The translations under genes were made by a program, and so were the position numbers. A stretch of DNA of 64,000 bases. Source: Octopus sinensis (lineage: Eukaryota). Shown one piece after another: positions 11,681 to 24,829 of this stretch (within the stretch, counting starts at the first letter, position 1; every line of letters begins with the position of its first letter). The DNA lies in NCBI RefSeq assembly GCF_006345805.1, contig NC_042997.1:211482001-211546000 (forward strand). The letters are read 5' to 3'. The notes below the pieces were generated by a model, which was not told where the DNA came from, did no database searches, and saw nothing but the letters and a program-made list of their open reading frames with translations.

Positions 11681-12209
11681 AGATAAGCACAACAAGTGAT
11701 TCAACTAATCTCAGCTCCGAGACACAACATCTTGATATTGAGCTCTTACACTTCGTGTACCTCATGAACAGTAAATCTATTATTAACTCTATGCTCTGTA
11801 CCTACTATGCCACACGCATTCACCCTTATTGTATCTGTCACACACACGAACACACAGACACAAACACGTGTTGTACGCACACATACACAATGCTTGCTAG
11901 CCCTCACAACCTTCTAACATTAACCCATTGTAAATAAAATAATATCTATCCCTCAAACAGTGGAACGGCTTGTCGTCAATTCATCTAAATTCTGTTGGCA
12001 CTGCATTGTATAAAATTGCATTTATGGCTTATCTTATTTCGCTAGGAATGCGACCGTGTGACTTACCTATGTCACCAACCTCAACATACGGTCGTATTCC
12101 CTACAATTCCATTATATGTATACCCCAGCACTTTATGTCTATCTTTGTATTATTCCCCTCATCCTTCACACTTGTGGCAAATAAATGAAAGAATTATTAT
12201 TATTATTAT

Positions 12210-12920
12210 TAAAACCAAAGTGGTTGTTAGTAAGAAGGAAGATAAAACTCTCTTTCCTTCAGGTAAATGGTGCCGCTCCATAAGAAGGAAAGGAGTTGGA
12301 AGAAATTCCTTGTACTGTATCCAGTGTAAACTGTGGGCAGTGGAATCACAGGTAGATTAAGAGATAAAATTGTCTTTGTATGTGGCAGATGTGCAGGAAC
12401 AATAAGCACTAAGAGCACACGGGACTTAGATTCTCTCAAAAACCCAGGAGGTTCTCTTGAGGTTGTAGATAGTTTCTGTTACCTAGGTGACCAAATTAGC
12501 AATGGTGGAGGATGCTCTGAAAATATTGTTTCTAGAATAAGAATTGGGTGGGTGAAGTTCAGAGAACTATTACCTCTGTTAGCAACAAAAAGGACCCTCT
12601 CTCTCAGAGTGAAAGGTAGACTATATGGTGCTTGTGTGCGAATGGCTATACTCCATGGTAGTGAGACATGGGCTCTGAATACAGAAGACGTGTAGACTGG
12701 AGAGAAATTAAGGTGGTATGCACCGTTGGATGTGCAACAACAGTGCACATGTACGGCAAAGTGCAAATGTGTTGAGAGAAAAGTTGGGCATATCAAATGT
12801 AGTATGCAAGAGAGAAGACTACTTTGGTTTGGACATGTGATGTGCATGAATGAGGACAGCTGCATAAAGAAGTGCTGATCACTGAAAATGGATGGTACCT
12901 GTGGAAGAGGGAGACCCTAG
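12210..12920 (+). mobile_element. Decayed RTE LINE RT/C-terminal fragment
   Basis: Peptide LEVVDSFCYLGDQI...RIRIGWVKFRELLPLL...VKGRLYGACVRMAILHGSETWAL, homologous to 60527-61438. Confidence 0.85.
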
Positions 12921-14195
12921 TTCTTCTGTCTAGCTTTGCTAGTTCACTTTTTATCACAAAAGCTGCTAAGTAAAAATACTGCCCAAGTATTTACAGCCTT
13001 CACTAGATTCCGACCATTTAGTTTTGACTTCATTAGCTTCCTCCTCCTTCTCAATTTTCCTTTTCATTTCTGTAGTACTCTGTCAGATCCTAATACTCCA
13101 AGATACTTATAACTCTCTCCTTCTTTTAATGATTTTTATATCTGGCCATTTGGTAATTGGATGCCTTCTGGTCCTGGGCCCTTCAAATTTAGCATTCTTC
13201 CTAACACATTACTCATTAATGCGCGAGTTAATCTTAGATCTGGCTACTTCTTCCTTTGTTTTCTTTAACTACCCTGCATCTCCTTTTGATTGTCTGGCTT
13301 ACACCAAATAATACTCCAGAACATTCTAGCTTCTTCTGCATTAGGTTCCTCATCTTCAGTACTTTCTTCTCCACTATTTATTTGGTTATAAAATCTCTTC
13401 TGGTCTGTCTCAAGTCATTTATTCTGTTGATACTGATCTGTTTGTTTTCTGATATCTGGAGAGCTTGCCTGCTATTGTTGTTACACATTGTTTCAAATCT
13501 TTTATTATTGTCCCAAATCCTTCTTTCTCTTTGACTAAGTATCTTTTCCCAAGAGAAGATTTGAATCTTGTGTTTCCTATCTTGTTCAGTTTCCAGGTTT
13601 CTATTCTACTCAGATCTTGTCTTAAAGTCTTCTCCTTATTTTGTAATTTCCTTTTTCACACTTGCTTTTTTCTAATTTGTCCTTGTGGAATATCTAATCT
13701 TTTAGTAACTACTACTCCTCCGATAGAGATCAATAAGTGAGTGTCTTCTGTGTTTTAGTATCTATCCTACTGATAACAGAATCTACTTTCTTAGTCATAT
13801 CTAGCAACATTCTTCTGTTGGTACCCTTTAAAGAGAGCAATCTTTTTCTTACTTCTTTACTCATGAATTCCTGCAACACATCTAAAATCTTCTGATCTTC
13901 CTCACTTAAATCACTTAAGTCGTTGGTGCCAGTTGTCCCTTCCTTATTGGTAGCACTATTGTTATTTTTTTCTTTAGGTTCTTCTTTGGTTTGAGCTGTA
14001 TCTCTTATGTTGTTGTTTGTCTTTCCCACTGCCTGGTCTTTCTTTTCCAGTTCTCTCGTGATCCCTTCCACCTCCAATTCTGTCATCCACTTTCTTCTAT
14101 AAACATTAGCTTGATCAACTAACTTCTGTGCTCAGTCACTTTAAACAAACCCTTCTCTACCCAAAGCGTTGAAATCCCTTTTCTATAGCCCTTTC
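12920..14195 (-). mobile_element. Decayed RLE-type (R4-like) LINE N-terminal fragment
   Basis: KGLFKVTEHRLVDQ...WMTELEVEGI motif, also seen at 41615-41926 (QWRKRGLFQLTELRLCD), followed by a Lys-rich coiled region. Confidence 0.6.
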
Positions 14196-14800
14196 TTTTA
14201 GTTATTTTTTTTGGCTCAAAAAGCAAAAACCAAGGCCATGTAGGGGGGCATGGAGTTATGTACAGGGTGGTGTTCATGTAAAGAGTTCAGGCCACTTGAG
14301 GTCAAGGGAGACTTTGAACTGAGCGGTCGTCGGCATCTTCACCATCTCGTCTGGCAGCTTATTCCACGGATCCGCAACCCGGGCGGAGAAAGCCCCTCTC
14401 CTTCGATTGAGATGAAATCGTCGCAGATAGAGCTTTTCGGAATGACCCCGCAGCCGACGCTCTGGAGCAGGAGTGAAGAACAGCTCTTTCGAGAGGTTAC
14501 ACTTTCCACTTATGATGTTGTGAGCAAGAATGAGATCACCACGGCGTCGTCGTTTTTCTAGAGAATAAAGGTCGAGCGTCTTCAGCCTTTCTTCATAAGA
14601 CAAATTCTTGAGACCAAGAACCATGCGGGTAGCCAGCTTCTGGACTCTTTCGAGATGCTGTATGTCTTTGAGGAGATAAGGAGAAGAGGCTTGAATCCCG
14701 TACTCCAATATGGGTCTCACCAGCGTGACATAGAGCGGTAGGAATATGGCTGCTGTGAGCATTCCGAATGACCGTCGAATCAAGAACAGAATTCCGCGTG
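14195..14800 (-). mobile_element. CR1-type LINE 3' fragment
   Basis: ORF 14274-14783 reads LYVTLVRPILEYG...LERVQKLATRMV..L..LSYEERL...RRRGDLI...LRGH...WNKLP, the typical CR1 ORF2 C-terminus. Confidence 0.9.
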
Positions 14801-15458
14801 CTTGTTATGAGGTTTGAACTAAGTCTTTTCTTGTATTAGTGTTTGTATTGTGTGTTGTGTGTGTAGCGTAGTTGTGTTCTTCTGATGGTTACTGGGCTTC
14901 TTTTGTACATGTTGTTGGGCTTTGTTCATTTTATTGTGCATTTCCTGTATGAGTTTATTCTTGTGTGCTTTTGGGAGTGTTGCACTGTAGTAGGACTTTG
15001 TTAAATATGTAAATACATTTTGTACATTCTCAAAAACACACACGTAAACCTTATTACCTTGCACAATGTGGTCAATTAACCTTTTAGCGTTTAGACTGGC
15101 CAAATCTGGCCCAATCATATAACTTGTTTTATATTTAAACTGGAAAGATCCAGCCTCTGGAACACCTGCCCTACAATGTCATGCTAAAAAGATAATCACG
15201 TTATCAAAATGTTTAAGCTATGAGATAATGGCATCGATTCAAAACAATGTGAATAGACAAGCATTGCATTTGACTGAGGAATCTGAATGGTAAAGGGGGG
15301 AGATGGATTCCTGTCTGAGTCCTGCCCAGTTGTTCTGATCTCTCTCTTAACTGTAATTATATGGGAGAGAGAGAGAAAGAGAGAATTTACTTTGACAACA
15401 AATGATGTATTTAATACCTTAACAATGTTTTTCCTAATTATTTTATTTTCATTTGCAG

Positions 15459-15493
15459 AGCAAAAATACATGTTGAAATCATGGAAAAGAGAG
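15459..15493 (+). CDS. Macro-PARP gene, putative 35-nt exon containing a candidate start ATG at 15481 (M-E-K-R)
   Basis: Polypyrimidine tract + TTTGCAG acceptor and GAG|GTAAAT donor. It ends in phase 1, matching the phase-1 start of exon 25402. ATC ATG G is a good Kozak context, but the frame is also open upstream of the ATG. Confidence 0.55.
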
Positions 15494-15724
15494 GTAAATA
15501 TTTTCCTAAATGATATTTATATAAAATTTTCTTTTTTGGACTTAAATTTTCAAAAATAATACTTGTGAAGATTTACAGAAATAAAACAATAAAACTTTTA
15601 CCCATCATCATCATCATCATCGTTGTTTAATGTCTGTTTTCCATGCTGGTTTGGGTTGGATTGTTTGAAATGGAGACAAAAAATTTCCAGTTTCCTGTTT
15701 TATTTTATATATATATGTGTCTGA

Positions 15725-15758
<34 letters not shown>

Positions 15759-15989
15759 ATATATATATATATATATGTCAGGTTGCTCTTGAGTGCCACT
15801 GGTAACATGTAATCCAGCACAACCTGGATTTGGGCCATGAGAGGAACAGAGAGCTGGACTGACCATCGTCTAGTGTGTGGAAAAAGGAATTTTTCATAAT
15901 GTCTAAAAGTCGACAGTCTGGCCCTAAGGTACCCAAAAAGTTAAATGTTGCAAACTTCAAATTACCAAGCAACTTGCAAAGATTCCATA

Positions 15990-16395
15990 TAGGAGCAGGA
16001 GTGGCTGTGTGGTAAGTAGCTTGCTAACCAACCACATGGTTCCGGGTTCAGTCCCACTGCATGGCATCTTGGACAAGTGTCTTCTGCTATATCCCCGGGC
16101 CGACCAATGCCTTGTGAGTGGATTTGGTAGACGGAAACTGAAAGAAGCCTGTCGCATATATGTATATATATGTGTATGTGTGTTTGTATGTCTGTGTTTG
16201 TTCCCCTAGCATTGCTTGACAACCGATGCTGGTGTGTTTACGTTCCCGTCACTTAGCGTTTTGGCAAAAGAAACCGATAGAATAAGTACTGGGCTTACAA
16301 AGAATAAGTCCCGGGGTCGATTTGCTCGACTAAAGGCGGTGCTCCAGCATGGCCGCAGTCAAATGACTGAAACAAGTAAAAGAGTAAAAGAGTAA
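15990..16395 (+). mobile_element. Full-length tRNA-derived SINE
   Basis: A box TGGCTGTGTGG, B box GGTTCAGTCCC, internal (TA)/(TG) stretch and GAAACAAGTAAAAGAGTAAAAGAG tail. Related copies at 27920-28085 (+) and 59680-60060 (-). Confidence 0.8.
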
Positions 16396-16809
16396 TGCTA
16401 TAGAAAGTATCAATCTTGGCCCAAACAATCTATGGGAAGATTTCAAAACAAAAGTTTGTCAGTGGGATTTAAATCACATATGTCCAGTGACTGGTTCTCA
16501 GATCAGCAGAAATTCATGATCTACTTTTAGAAAAAAAAACTTAGGCAATACACTTCTTTCTCAGTCCTTGAACCCCAACTCAAAGCTTACAGAAAGCTGA
16601 AAGGGAAAGTGAAGACTGCTCCAAAGAAAATTAAACAGGAATGGTAGAATGATAGAGCAAAAGGGGCACAAGAAGCAGCTGACAGAAATGATGCCAAGGG
16701 TTCGTACTCTTATATTAAGGAGATATATGGCCCAAAATTTCTTCAGTATTTTCAGTGAGAACAGCAAACAGATGTTTGCTTCTGACTGACACCGCTTCTT
16801 TTCATAAGT

Positions 16810-17130
16810 TCATGTACGGCAAAGTGCAAATGTATTGAGAGAAAAGTTGGGCATAACAGGACTCAAATGTAGCTTGCAAGAAGACTACATTGGTTTGGAG
16901 ATGTGAGGTGTATGAATGAGGACAGCTGGAATAAAGATGTGCAGATCACTGAAAGTGGATGGTACCTGTTAAAGAGGAAGACCGAGGAAGATGCAGGATG
17001 AAATGGTGAGGACCGATCTCAGGAAGATGGGCCTCGTGGAGGAAATGACAATTTACCAAGATGTCTGGCGATATGAAGTTCTTCAGAAGACCCAGCCACA
17101 TCAGTAAAAACTGAATTCTGGAAGTGCTCT
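16810..17130 (+). mobile_element. RTE LINE RT C-terminus running directly into the 166-bp satellite
   Basis: Homologous to 12750-12920 and to 51740-52015 (minus): GAGGAAATGACAAT...CAAGATGTCTGG...AGAAGACC. Confidence 0.8.
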
Positions 17131-20100
17131 GTGTCCCACCCACACTTAACACAGAAACTTCTCGAACGCCCTACCACAACAAACCAAACTACATCTCTTC
17201 CTCACATCTCCTCCTTCATGCACTAGGCTTACATCCCACTCCCCAGTCCTGTCCTCCTGGCCCTGTCTCACTGCTATCCCCGAGCCCCTGATCTGTGTGC
17301 TCCACCCACACTTAACACGGAAACTTCTCGAACGCCCTACCACAACAAACCAAACTACATCTCTTCCTCACATCTCCTCCTTCATGCACTAGGCTTAACT
17401 CCCACTCCCCAGTCCTGTCCTCCTGGCCCTGTCTCACTGCTATCCCCGAGCCCCTGATCTGTGTGCTCCACCCACACTTAACACGGAAACTTCTCGAACG
17501 CCCTACCACAACAAACCAAACTATATCTCTTCCTCACATCGCCTCCTTCATGCACTAGGCTTACCTCCCACTCCCCAGTCCTGTCCTCCTGGCCCTCTCT
17601 CACTGCTATCGCCTAGCCCCAGATCTGTGTGCTCCACCCACACCTAACAAGAGAACTTCTCGCACGCCCTACCACAACAAACCAAACTACATCTCTTCCT
17701 CAAATCTCCTCCTTCATGCTCTAGGCTTACATCCCACTCCCCAGTCCTGTCCTCCTGGCCCTGTCTCACTGCTATCCCCTAGCCCCTGATTTGTGTGCTC
17801 CACCCACACCTAACACGGAAACTTCTCGAACGCCCTACCACAACAAACCAAACTATATCTCTTCCTCACATCTCCTCCTTCATGCACTAGGCTTACCTCC
17901 CACTCCCCAGTCCTGTCCTCTTGGCCCTGTCTCACTGCTATCGCCTAGCCCCAGATCTGTGTGCTCCACCCACACCTAACAAGAGAACTTCTCGCACGCC
18001 CTACCACAACAAACCAAACTACATCACTTCCTCACATCTCCTCCTTCATGCTCTAGGCTTACATCCCACTCCCCAGTACTGTCCTCCTGGACCTGTCTCA
18101 CTGCTATCCCCTAGCCCCAGATCTGTGTGCTCCACCCACACTTAACACGAAAACTTCTCGCATGCCCTACCACCACAAACCAAACTACATCTCTTCCTCA
18201 CATCTCCTCCTTCATGCTCTAGGCTTACATCCCACTCCCCAGTCCTGTCCTCCTGGACCTGTCTCACTGCTATCCCCTAGCCCCTCATTTGTGTGCTCCA
18301 CCCACACTTAACACGGAAACTTCTCAAACGCCCTACCACAACAAACCAAACTATATCTCTTCCTCACATCTCCTCCTTCATGCACTAGGCTTACCTCTCA
18401 CTCCCCAGTCCTGTCCTCCTGGCCCTGTCTCACTGCTATCCCCTAGCCCCAGATCTGTGTGCTCCACCCACACTTAACACGGAAACTTCTCGCATGCCCT
18501 ACCACAACAAAACAAACTACATCTCTTCTTCACATCTCCTCCTTCATGCTCTAGGCTTACCTCCCACTCCCCAGTCCTGTCCTCCTGGCCCTGTCTCACT
18601 GCTATCCCCTAGCCCCAGATCTGTGTGCTCCACCCACACTTAACACGAAAACTTCTCGCATGCCCTACCACCACAAACCAAACTACATCTCTTCCTCACA
18701 TCTCCTCCTTCATGCTCTAGGCTTACCTCCCACGCCCCAGTCCTGTCCTCCTGGCCCTGTCTCACTGCTATCCCCTAGCCCCAGATCTGTGTTCTCCACC
18801 CACACTTAACACGGAAACTTCTCGCATGCCCTACCACAACAAACCAAACTACATCTCTTCCTCACATCTCCTCCTTCATAATCTAGGCTTACCTCCCACT
18901 CCCCAGTCCTGTCCTCCTGGCCCTGTCTCACTGCTATCCCCTAGCCCCAGATCTGTGTGCTCCACCCACACTTAACACGGAAACTTCTTGCATGCCCTAC
19001 CACAACAAACCAAACTACATCTCTTCCTCACATCTCCTCCTTCATAATCTAGGCTTACCTCCCACTCCCAAGTCCTGTCCTCCTGGCCCTGTCTCACTGC
19101 TATCCCCTAGTCCCAGATCTGTGTGCTCCACCCACACCTAACACGGAAACTTCTCGAACGCCCTACCACAACAAACCAAACTATATCTCTTCCTCACATC
19201 TCCTCCTTCATGCACTAGGCTTACCTCCCACTCCCCAGTCCTGTCCTCCTGGCCCTGTCTCACTGCTATCCCCTAGCCCCAGATCTGTGTGCTCCACACC
19301 TAACACCTCGCACGCCCTACCACCACAAACCAAACTACATCTCTTCCTCACATCTCCTCCTTCATGCTCTAGGCTTACTCCCACTCCCCAGTACTGTCCT
19401 CCTGGACCTGTCTCACTGCTATCCCCTAGCCCCTCATCTGTGTGCTCCACCCACACTTAACACGGAAACTTCTCAAACGCCCTACCACAACAAACCAAAC
19501 TATATCTCTTCCTCACATCTCCTCCTTCATGCACTAGGCTTACCTCCCACTCCCCAGTCCTGTCCTCCTGGCCCTGTCTCACTGCTATCCCCTAGCCCCA
19601 GATCTGTGTGCTCCACCCACACTTAACACGAAAACTTCTCGCATGCCCTACCACAACAAACCAAACTACATCTCTTCTTCACATCTCCTCCTTCATGCTC
19701 TAGGCTTACCTCCCACTCCCCAGTCCTGTCCTCCTGGCCCTGACTCACTGCTATCCCCTAGCCCCAGGTCTGTGTGCTCCACCCACACTTAACACGAAAA
19801 CTTCTCGCATGCCCTACCACCACAAACCAAACTACATCTCTTCCTCACATCTCCTCCTTCATGCTCTAGGCTTACATCCCACTCCCCAGTCCTGTCCTCC
19901 TGGACCTGTCTCACTGCTATCCCCTAGCCCCTCATTTGTGTGCTCCACCCACACTTAACACGGAAACTTCTCAAACGCCCTACCACAACAAACCAAACTA
20001 TATCTCTTCCTCACATCTCCTCCTTCATGCACTAGGCTTACCTCCCACTCCCCAGTCCTGTCCTCCTGGCCCTGTCTCACTGCTATCCCCTAGCCCCAGA

Positions 20101-22830
20101 TCTGTGTGCTCCACCCACACTTAACACGGAAACTTCTCGCATGCCCTACCACAACAAAACAAACTACATCTCTTCTTCACATCTCCTCCTTCATGCTCTA
20201 GGCTTACCTCCCACTCCCCAGTCCTGTCCTCCTGGCCCTGTCTCACTGCTATCCCCTAGCCCCAGATCTGTGTGCTCCACCCACATTTAACATGGAAACT
20301 TCTCGCATGCCCTACCACAACAAACCAAACTACATCTCTTCTTCACATCTCCTCCTTCATGCTCTAGGCTTACCTCCCACTCCCCAGTCCTGTCCTCCTG
20401 GCCCTGACTCACTGCTATCCCCTAGCCCCAGATCTGTGTGCTCCACCCACATTTAACACGGAAACTTCTCGCATGCCCTACCACCACAAACCAAACTACA
20501 TCTCTTCCTCACCTCTCCTCCTTCATGCTCTAGGCTTCCCTCCCACTCCCCAGTCCTGTCCTCCTGGCCCTGTCTCACTGCTATCCCCTAGCCCCAGATC
20601 TGTGTGCTCCACCCACATTTAACACGGAAACTTCTCGCATGCCCTACCACAACAAACCAAACTACATCTCTTCTTCACATCTCCTCCTTCATGCTCTAGG
20701 CTTACCTCCCACTCCCCAGTCCTGTCCTCCTGGCCCTGACTCACTGCTATCCCCTAGCCCCAGATCTGTGTGCTCCACCCACACTTAACACGAAAACTTC
20801 TCGCATGCCCTACCACCACAAACCAAACTACATCTCTTCCTCACCTCTCCTCCTTCATGCTCTAGGCTTACCTCCCACTCCCCAGTCCTGTCCTCCTGGC
20901 CCTGTCTCACTGCTATCCCCTAGCCCCAGATCTGTGTGCTCCACCCACACTTAACACGGAAACTTCTCGCATGCCCTACCACAACAAACCAAACTACATC
21001 TCTTCCTCACATCTCCTCCTTCATGCTCTAGGCTTACATCCCACTCCCCAGTCCTGTACTCCTGGCCCTGTCTCACTGCTATCCCCTAGCCCCCGATTTG
21101 TGTGCTCCATCCACACTTAACATGAAAACTTCTCGAATGCCCTACAACAACAAACCAAACTACATCTCTTCCTCACATCTCCTCCTTCATGCTCTAGGCT
21201 TACCTCCCACTCCCCAGTCCTGTCCTCCTGGCCCTGTCTCACTGCTACCCCCTAGCCCCAGATCTGTGTTCTCCACCCACACTTAACACGGAAACTTCTC
21301 GCATGCCCTACCACAACAAACCAAACTACATCTCTTCCTCACATCTCCTCCTTCATACTCTAGGCTTACCTCCCACTTCCCAGTCCTGTCCTCCTGGCCC
21401 GGTCTCACTGCTATCCCCTAGCCCCAGATCTGTGTGCTCCACCCACACTTAACACGAAAACTTCTCGCATGCCCTACCACAACAAACCAAACTACATCTC
21501 TTCCTCACATCTCCTCCTTCATACTCTAGGCTTACCTCCCACTTCCCAGTCCTGTCCTCCTGGCCCTGTCTCACTGCTATCCCCTAGCCCCAGATCTGTG
21601 TTCTCCACCCACACTTAACACGGAAACTTCTCGCATGCCCTACCACAACAAACCAAACTACATCTCTTCCTCACATCTCCTCCTTCATAATCTAGGCTTA
21701 CCTCCCACTCCCCAGTCCTGTCCTCCTGGCCCTGTCTCACTGCTATCCCCTAGCCCCAGATCTGTGTGCTCCACCCACACTTAACACGGAAACTTCTTGC
21801 ATGCCCTACCACAACAAACCAAACTACATCTCTTCCTCACATCTCCTCCTTCATAATCTAGGCTTACCTCCCACTCCCAAGTCCTGTCCTCCTGGCCCTG
21901 TCTCACTGCTATCCCCTAGCCCCAGATCTGTGTGCTCCACCCACACCTAACAAGAAAACTTGTCGCATGCCCTACCACAACAAACCAAACTACATCTCTT
22001 CCTCACCTCTCCTCCTTCATGCACTAGGCTTACCTCCCACTCCCCAGTCCTGTCCTCCTGGCCCTGTCTCACTGCTATCCCCTAGCCCCTGATCTGTGTG
22101 CTCCACCCACACCTAACAAGAAAACTTCTCGAACGCCCTACCCCAACAAACCAAACTACATCTCTTCCTCACATCTCCTCCTTCATGCACTAGGCTTACC
22201 TCCCACTCCCTAGTCCTGTCCTCCTGGCCCTGTCTCACTGCTATCCCCTAGCCCCAGATCTGTGTGCTCCACCCACACTTAAAATGAAAACTTCTCGCAC
22301 GCCCTACCACAACAAACCAAACTACATCTCTTCCTCACATCTCCTCCTTCATGCACTAGGCTTACCTCCCACTCCCCAGTCCTGTCCTCCTGGCCCTGTC
22401 TCACTGCTATCCCCTAGCCCCTGATCTGTGTGCTCCACCCACACCTAACAAGAAAACTTCTCGAATGCCCTACCCCAACAAACCAAACTACATCTCTTCC
22501 TCACATCTCCTCCTTCATGCACTAGGCTTACCTCCCACTCCCCAGTCCTGTCCTCCTGGCCCTGTCTCACTGCTATCCCCTAGCCCCAGATCTGTGTGCT
22601 CCACCCACACTTAAAATGAAAACTTCTCGCACGCCCTACCACAACAAACCAAACTACATCTCTTCCTCACATCTCCTCCTTCATGCACTAGGCTTACCTC
22701 CCACTCCCCAGTCCTGTCCTCCTGGCCCTGTCTCACTGCTATCCCCTAGCCCCAGATCTGTGTGCTCCACCCACACTTAACACGGAAACTTCTCGCATGC
22801 CCTACCCCAACAAACCAATCTACATCTCTT
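17131..22830. repeat. 166-bp tandem satellite/minisatellite, about 34 copies, intronic
   Basis: Unit CCCACACTTAACACGGAAACTTCTCGCATGCCCTACCACAACAAACCAAACTACATCTCTTCC...GTGTGCTCCA. ORF-track repeats are offset by multiples of 166 (17146/17312, 17791/18289, 19936/21098). Confidence 0.97.
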
Positions 22831-23334
22831 ATTTGAGAAAACTTGATCACCAAATCCATTTTCTAAACACAACAACCACACTCCGCATCCCCTCCCCCCA
22901 GCCTTCATAAATTTTCCCTCTTATGCCCCCCTTACTACTGCCGTATTATTAAACGGGCAATATGTCTTCCCTTTAATTCCATGTTACCATTTACTTGCTT
23001 CTCTCTGTATTTTTCCCATACCATTTAAACATTTTTTCCTATTATCTCACCTGCCTCCCCACTCCTGCTCATAACCTTACAGGTACAGCCGCCAACAGAC
23101 ACCTCCCCTACTTCATACTGTAAACATGCTCCCAGCACACAATATACATTCACCAATTGGACACATGTGGTAGCCGCCATGATTCTTCTCCATTCTCTCT
23201 TGCTTTCTTCATACTTTTGTCTCCCTCTTCACTAAAAACATTTCCCCACCCTCTTCCCCACACATTACCTTTCTAATACCTCTCCCCTTCTGTAATTCGA
23301 CCAAAGCAGCCCTATTGAATAATCTTTTCTACTC

Positions 23335-23680
23335 TAGGCACAAGGCCCAAATTTTTTGTGGAAGGGGGCCAATCAATTAGATCGACCCCTGTACACAACT
23401 GGTACTTAATTTATTGACCCCAGGAGGATGAAATGCAAAGTCGACCTCACTGGAGTTTGAACTCAGAATGTAAAAACAGACGAAATACCTATTTCTTTAC
23501 TACCCACAAGGGGCTAAACACAGAGAGGACAAACAAGGACAGACAAATAGATTAAGTCGATTATATCGACCCATGTGCGTAACTGGTACTTATTTAATCG
23601 ACCCCGAAAGGATGAAAGGCAAAGTCGACCTCGGCGGAATTTGAACTCAGAACGTACAGACAGATGAAATACCACCTTAG
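23335..23680 (-). mobile_element. Two adjacent tRNA-derived SINE copies
   Basis: Both contain GATGAAA.GCAAAGTCGACCTC...GA.TTTGAACTCAGAA (reverse of the B box plus core of 6675-6890). Confidence 0.75.
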
Positions 23681-24009
23681 CAGCTTTATTGAATACTACT
23701 GGACAAATGTCCTTATTTATATTCCTCACTCCTCTCACTTCACATGTTTTTTTTCTTTTCTTCTTCTTTCTCTCCCCATTTATGTTCTCCTCTCCTTCTG
23801 TGCTCTCTATTCATTCTGACTGAGTCTTCCATGTGTTAACGTGTACCTCCTTTTTACAATGTAAACATTTATTTAATGAAGATACCCTCAGCCTGATGAG
23901 TAGCCTGCAGTATACACCTCGCTTGGAGATTTACCACTTCTGATATTCCGCTTGTAGCCCGGATCTTATCTATACCATTCTTTAAGTTTTGTGTATACAT
24001 GTGTGTGTG

Positions 24010-24790
24010 TGAAAGGCAGATTGTGTGTGAATGGCTATGCTACATGGCAGTGAAACATGGACTGTTACAGCTGAGGATATGCATAGGGTTGAAAGAAATG
24101 AAGCTTGTATGCTTCATTGGCTGTGCAATGTCCATGTGCATGTTCAACAGAGTGTAAACATCTTTAGAGAAAAGCTGGGTGTAAGAGGCATCAGATGTGG
24201 TGGTGCAAGAGAGAAGCCTGCACTGGTATGGTCATGTGATGTGTTTGGACAAGGACAGCTGTGTAAATAAGTGCTGATTTCTAACTGTGGAGGGAACCTG
24301 TGGTAGAGGTAGACACGGGACGACGTTGTGAAGCATGATCTTCAAACTTTGGGCCTCACAGAGGTATTGACTAGTGATCAAGACCTTTGGCAATGTCCTG
24401 TGCTTGAGAGGACCTGTGAAGCCAAGTGAAATCATGGTCATGGTTGATGCTGGTGTCACATAACTGGCACACGTGCCAACCTTTCAAATGTTGGGCCTCA
24501 CAGAAGTAATGACAGAGTGCTTTGGCATTATGTCGTGCTTAAGAAGAAGAGCCATGAAGCCAAGTAAAATGGCAGTTGGGGCAGATACCAGCGTCGTGCA
24601 AATGGCACCCATGCTGGTGGCACGTAAAAGCACCCACTACACTCTTGGATTGGTTGGCATTAGGAAGGGCATCCAGCTGTAGAAACCATGCCAGATCAGA
24701 TTGGGGTCTGGTGCAGCTTTCCAGATCTGGTCAAACTGTCCAACCCATGCCACCTTGCACAACAGATGCTAAATGATGATGATGATGATA
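24010..24790 (+). mobile_element. Decayed RTE LINE 3' end with (GAT)n tail
   Basis: MLHGSETWTVTAEDMHRVERNEA peptide, 3' UTR GGTGGCACGTAAAAGCACCC...AGGAAGGGCATCCAGCTGTAG, and GATGAT tail at about 24775. Confidence 0.8.
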
Positions 24791-24829
24791 ATATATTTAT
24801 ATATATACATATATATATATTTATATATA

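Noticed and set aside
17131-22830. Regular array as a possible CRISPR, or the repeated 62-82 aa ORFs as a repeat-protein gene
   Set aside because: The units are contiguous with no unique spacers and no cas genes, and the context is eukaryotic. A 166-bp unit is not a multiple of 3, so the ORFs are incidental frames ending in stops.
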